Assembly: GCA_964016885.1 (NCBI GenBank)
Contig: OZ024743.1
Span: 333,808,001 to 333,872,000 of the forward strand
Direction of reading: 5' to 3'
DNA: 64,000 nt
From: Eledone cirrhosa
Taxonomy: Eukaryota
Below, one piece after another: positions 62,758 to 64,000 of the stretch; position 1 is the stretch's first letter; every line of letters begins with the position of its first letter. The notes beneath the pieces are model-generated. The model had not been told where the DNA came from. It made no database searches and saw nothing but the letters and a program-made list of their open reading frames with translations. A program made the position numbers and the translations under genes.

Positions 62758-64000
62758 GCTGGACGCGGCACTACTGATATGATCTTCTCAGCTAGACAGC
62801 TCCAGGAGAAGTGCATGGAACAAGGTTTGGATCTGTATCAGGTTTTTGTCGATCTGACAAAAGCTTTCGATACTGTTAACAGAGATGCATTATGGAAGGT
62901 TCTCCAGAAACTTGGTTGCCCTGATAAGTTCCTTGCTTTAGTTAGGTCTTTCCATGACGACATGAAGGCTTGGGTTAATGTCGGAGGTAACATGTCGGAG
63001 CCTATCTCAGCAAAAAATGGAGTAAAACAGGGGGATATTCCAGCACCGACCCTGTTTGCCATATACTTTGCAATGGTTTTCTGTATTGCATTCAGGAATT
63101 GCGAGCATGGTGTTTACATCCGATATCAAACCTCAGGCAGCATATTTAACATCAGGCGCTTTGCTGCAAAGACAAAAGTATTTACATCAATCATAAGAGA
63201 CCTCTTGTATGCAGATGATTGCGATCTTGTAGCGCACACAGAGAGTGATATGCAGCACATTTTGAATGCATTTTCTGACGCTTGCACTGCCCTAGGATTG
63301 ACTGTCAGTCTCAAGAAAACCGTCGTCATGTACCAACCTACCCCTGGTAAGCAGTACAGTGAACCAAATATCTATGTGTATGGTAAACGACTTAGAGTGG
63401 TTGATCAGTTTGTCTACCTGGGAAGCACTGTCAATCGATACAGCAACCTTGACAGTGAAATCTCACTTAGGATTAGGAAAGCAAGTGATGCTTTCGGAAA
63501 GCTAGAAAGGCGACTCTGGGGTCGGCGAGTCATATGCAGGAGGACAAAGGTAAAGGTGTACAAGGCATGTGTGCTCTCTTGTCTTCTTTATGCCTGCGAG
63601 ACCTGGGTCACATATCGACACCACCTTAAGCAATTGGAGCGTTTCCATCAGATGTGTCTCAGACAGATCCATGGCGTTCACTGGAGGGACCATATCAGTG
63701 ATGTCAAGATTTTTGAAAGCTGTATGTGTGACAGTATAGAAGCTCTTGTGCTTAAGCAACGACTCCGTTGGAGTGATCACCTTGCCAGGATGAAGGATTC
63801 TAGAATACCAAAACAACTCTTTAATGGAGAGTTGGTTAAAGGAAAACGACCTCCACATAAACCAAAAAAGAGGTATAAGGATTTCTTGAAAGCCCCTTTG
63901 AAAGACGCTAACACCTCTGCTGATACATGGGAAAATATTGCTGCTGATCGTAATAAATGGAGAAAGACTGTATATGAGGGAAAAGTTGCCTTTGAGGCAT
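62758..64000 (+). mobile_element. RTE-clade LINE, 5'-truncated RT region running off the window
   Basis: Frame from 62761: GRGTTDMIFSARQLQEKC...FVDLTKAFDTVNR...GVKQG...PTLF...LYADD...FVYLGS; absent from the ORF track, probably because it does not end inside the window. Confidence 0.92.

Overview
This is eukaryotic, repeat-dense DNA with no recognisable host gene. The SINE families, (TA)n/(TG)n/(TATG)n density and LINE content suggest a cephalopod (Octopus-like) genome; this is an inference. The dominant feature is six copies from four subfamilies of a Tx1-clade (L1 superfamily) non-LTR retrotransposon in two clusters, 1-13.4 kb and 28.5-40.2 kb. Every visible copy end abuts (TCTA)n/(TA)n microsatellite, and one copy (28.5-34.3 kb) has both ORFs intact. 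Comparing the subfamilies shows a splice-donor consensus on the ORF1 stop and an acceptor-like site on the ORF2 stop (ORF2 may be a removable intron), covarying 5' and 3' UTR hairpins, a TAG-dense island in ORF2 and an unassigned conserved ORF1 C-terminal domain. Also present: an internally deleted Helitron with intact ends, a 71/75-bp satellite array, about ten hammerhead ribozyme motifs from Penelope-like or retrozyme-like repeats (including non-canonical cores), many fold-back palindromes, RTE, CR1 and R4/Dong fragments, SINEs and a pogo-type MITE. All calls were made by eye; element boundaries are approximate.
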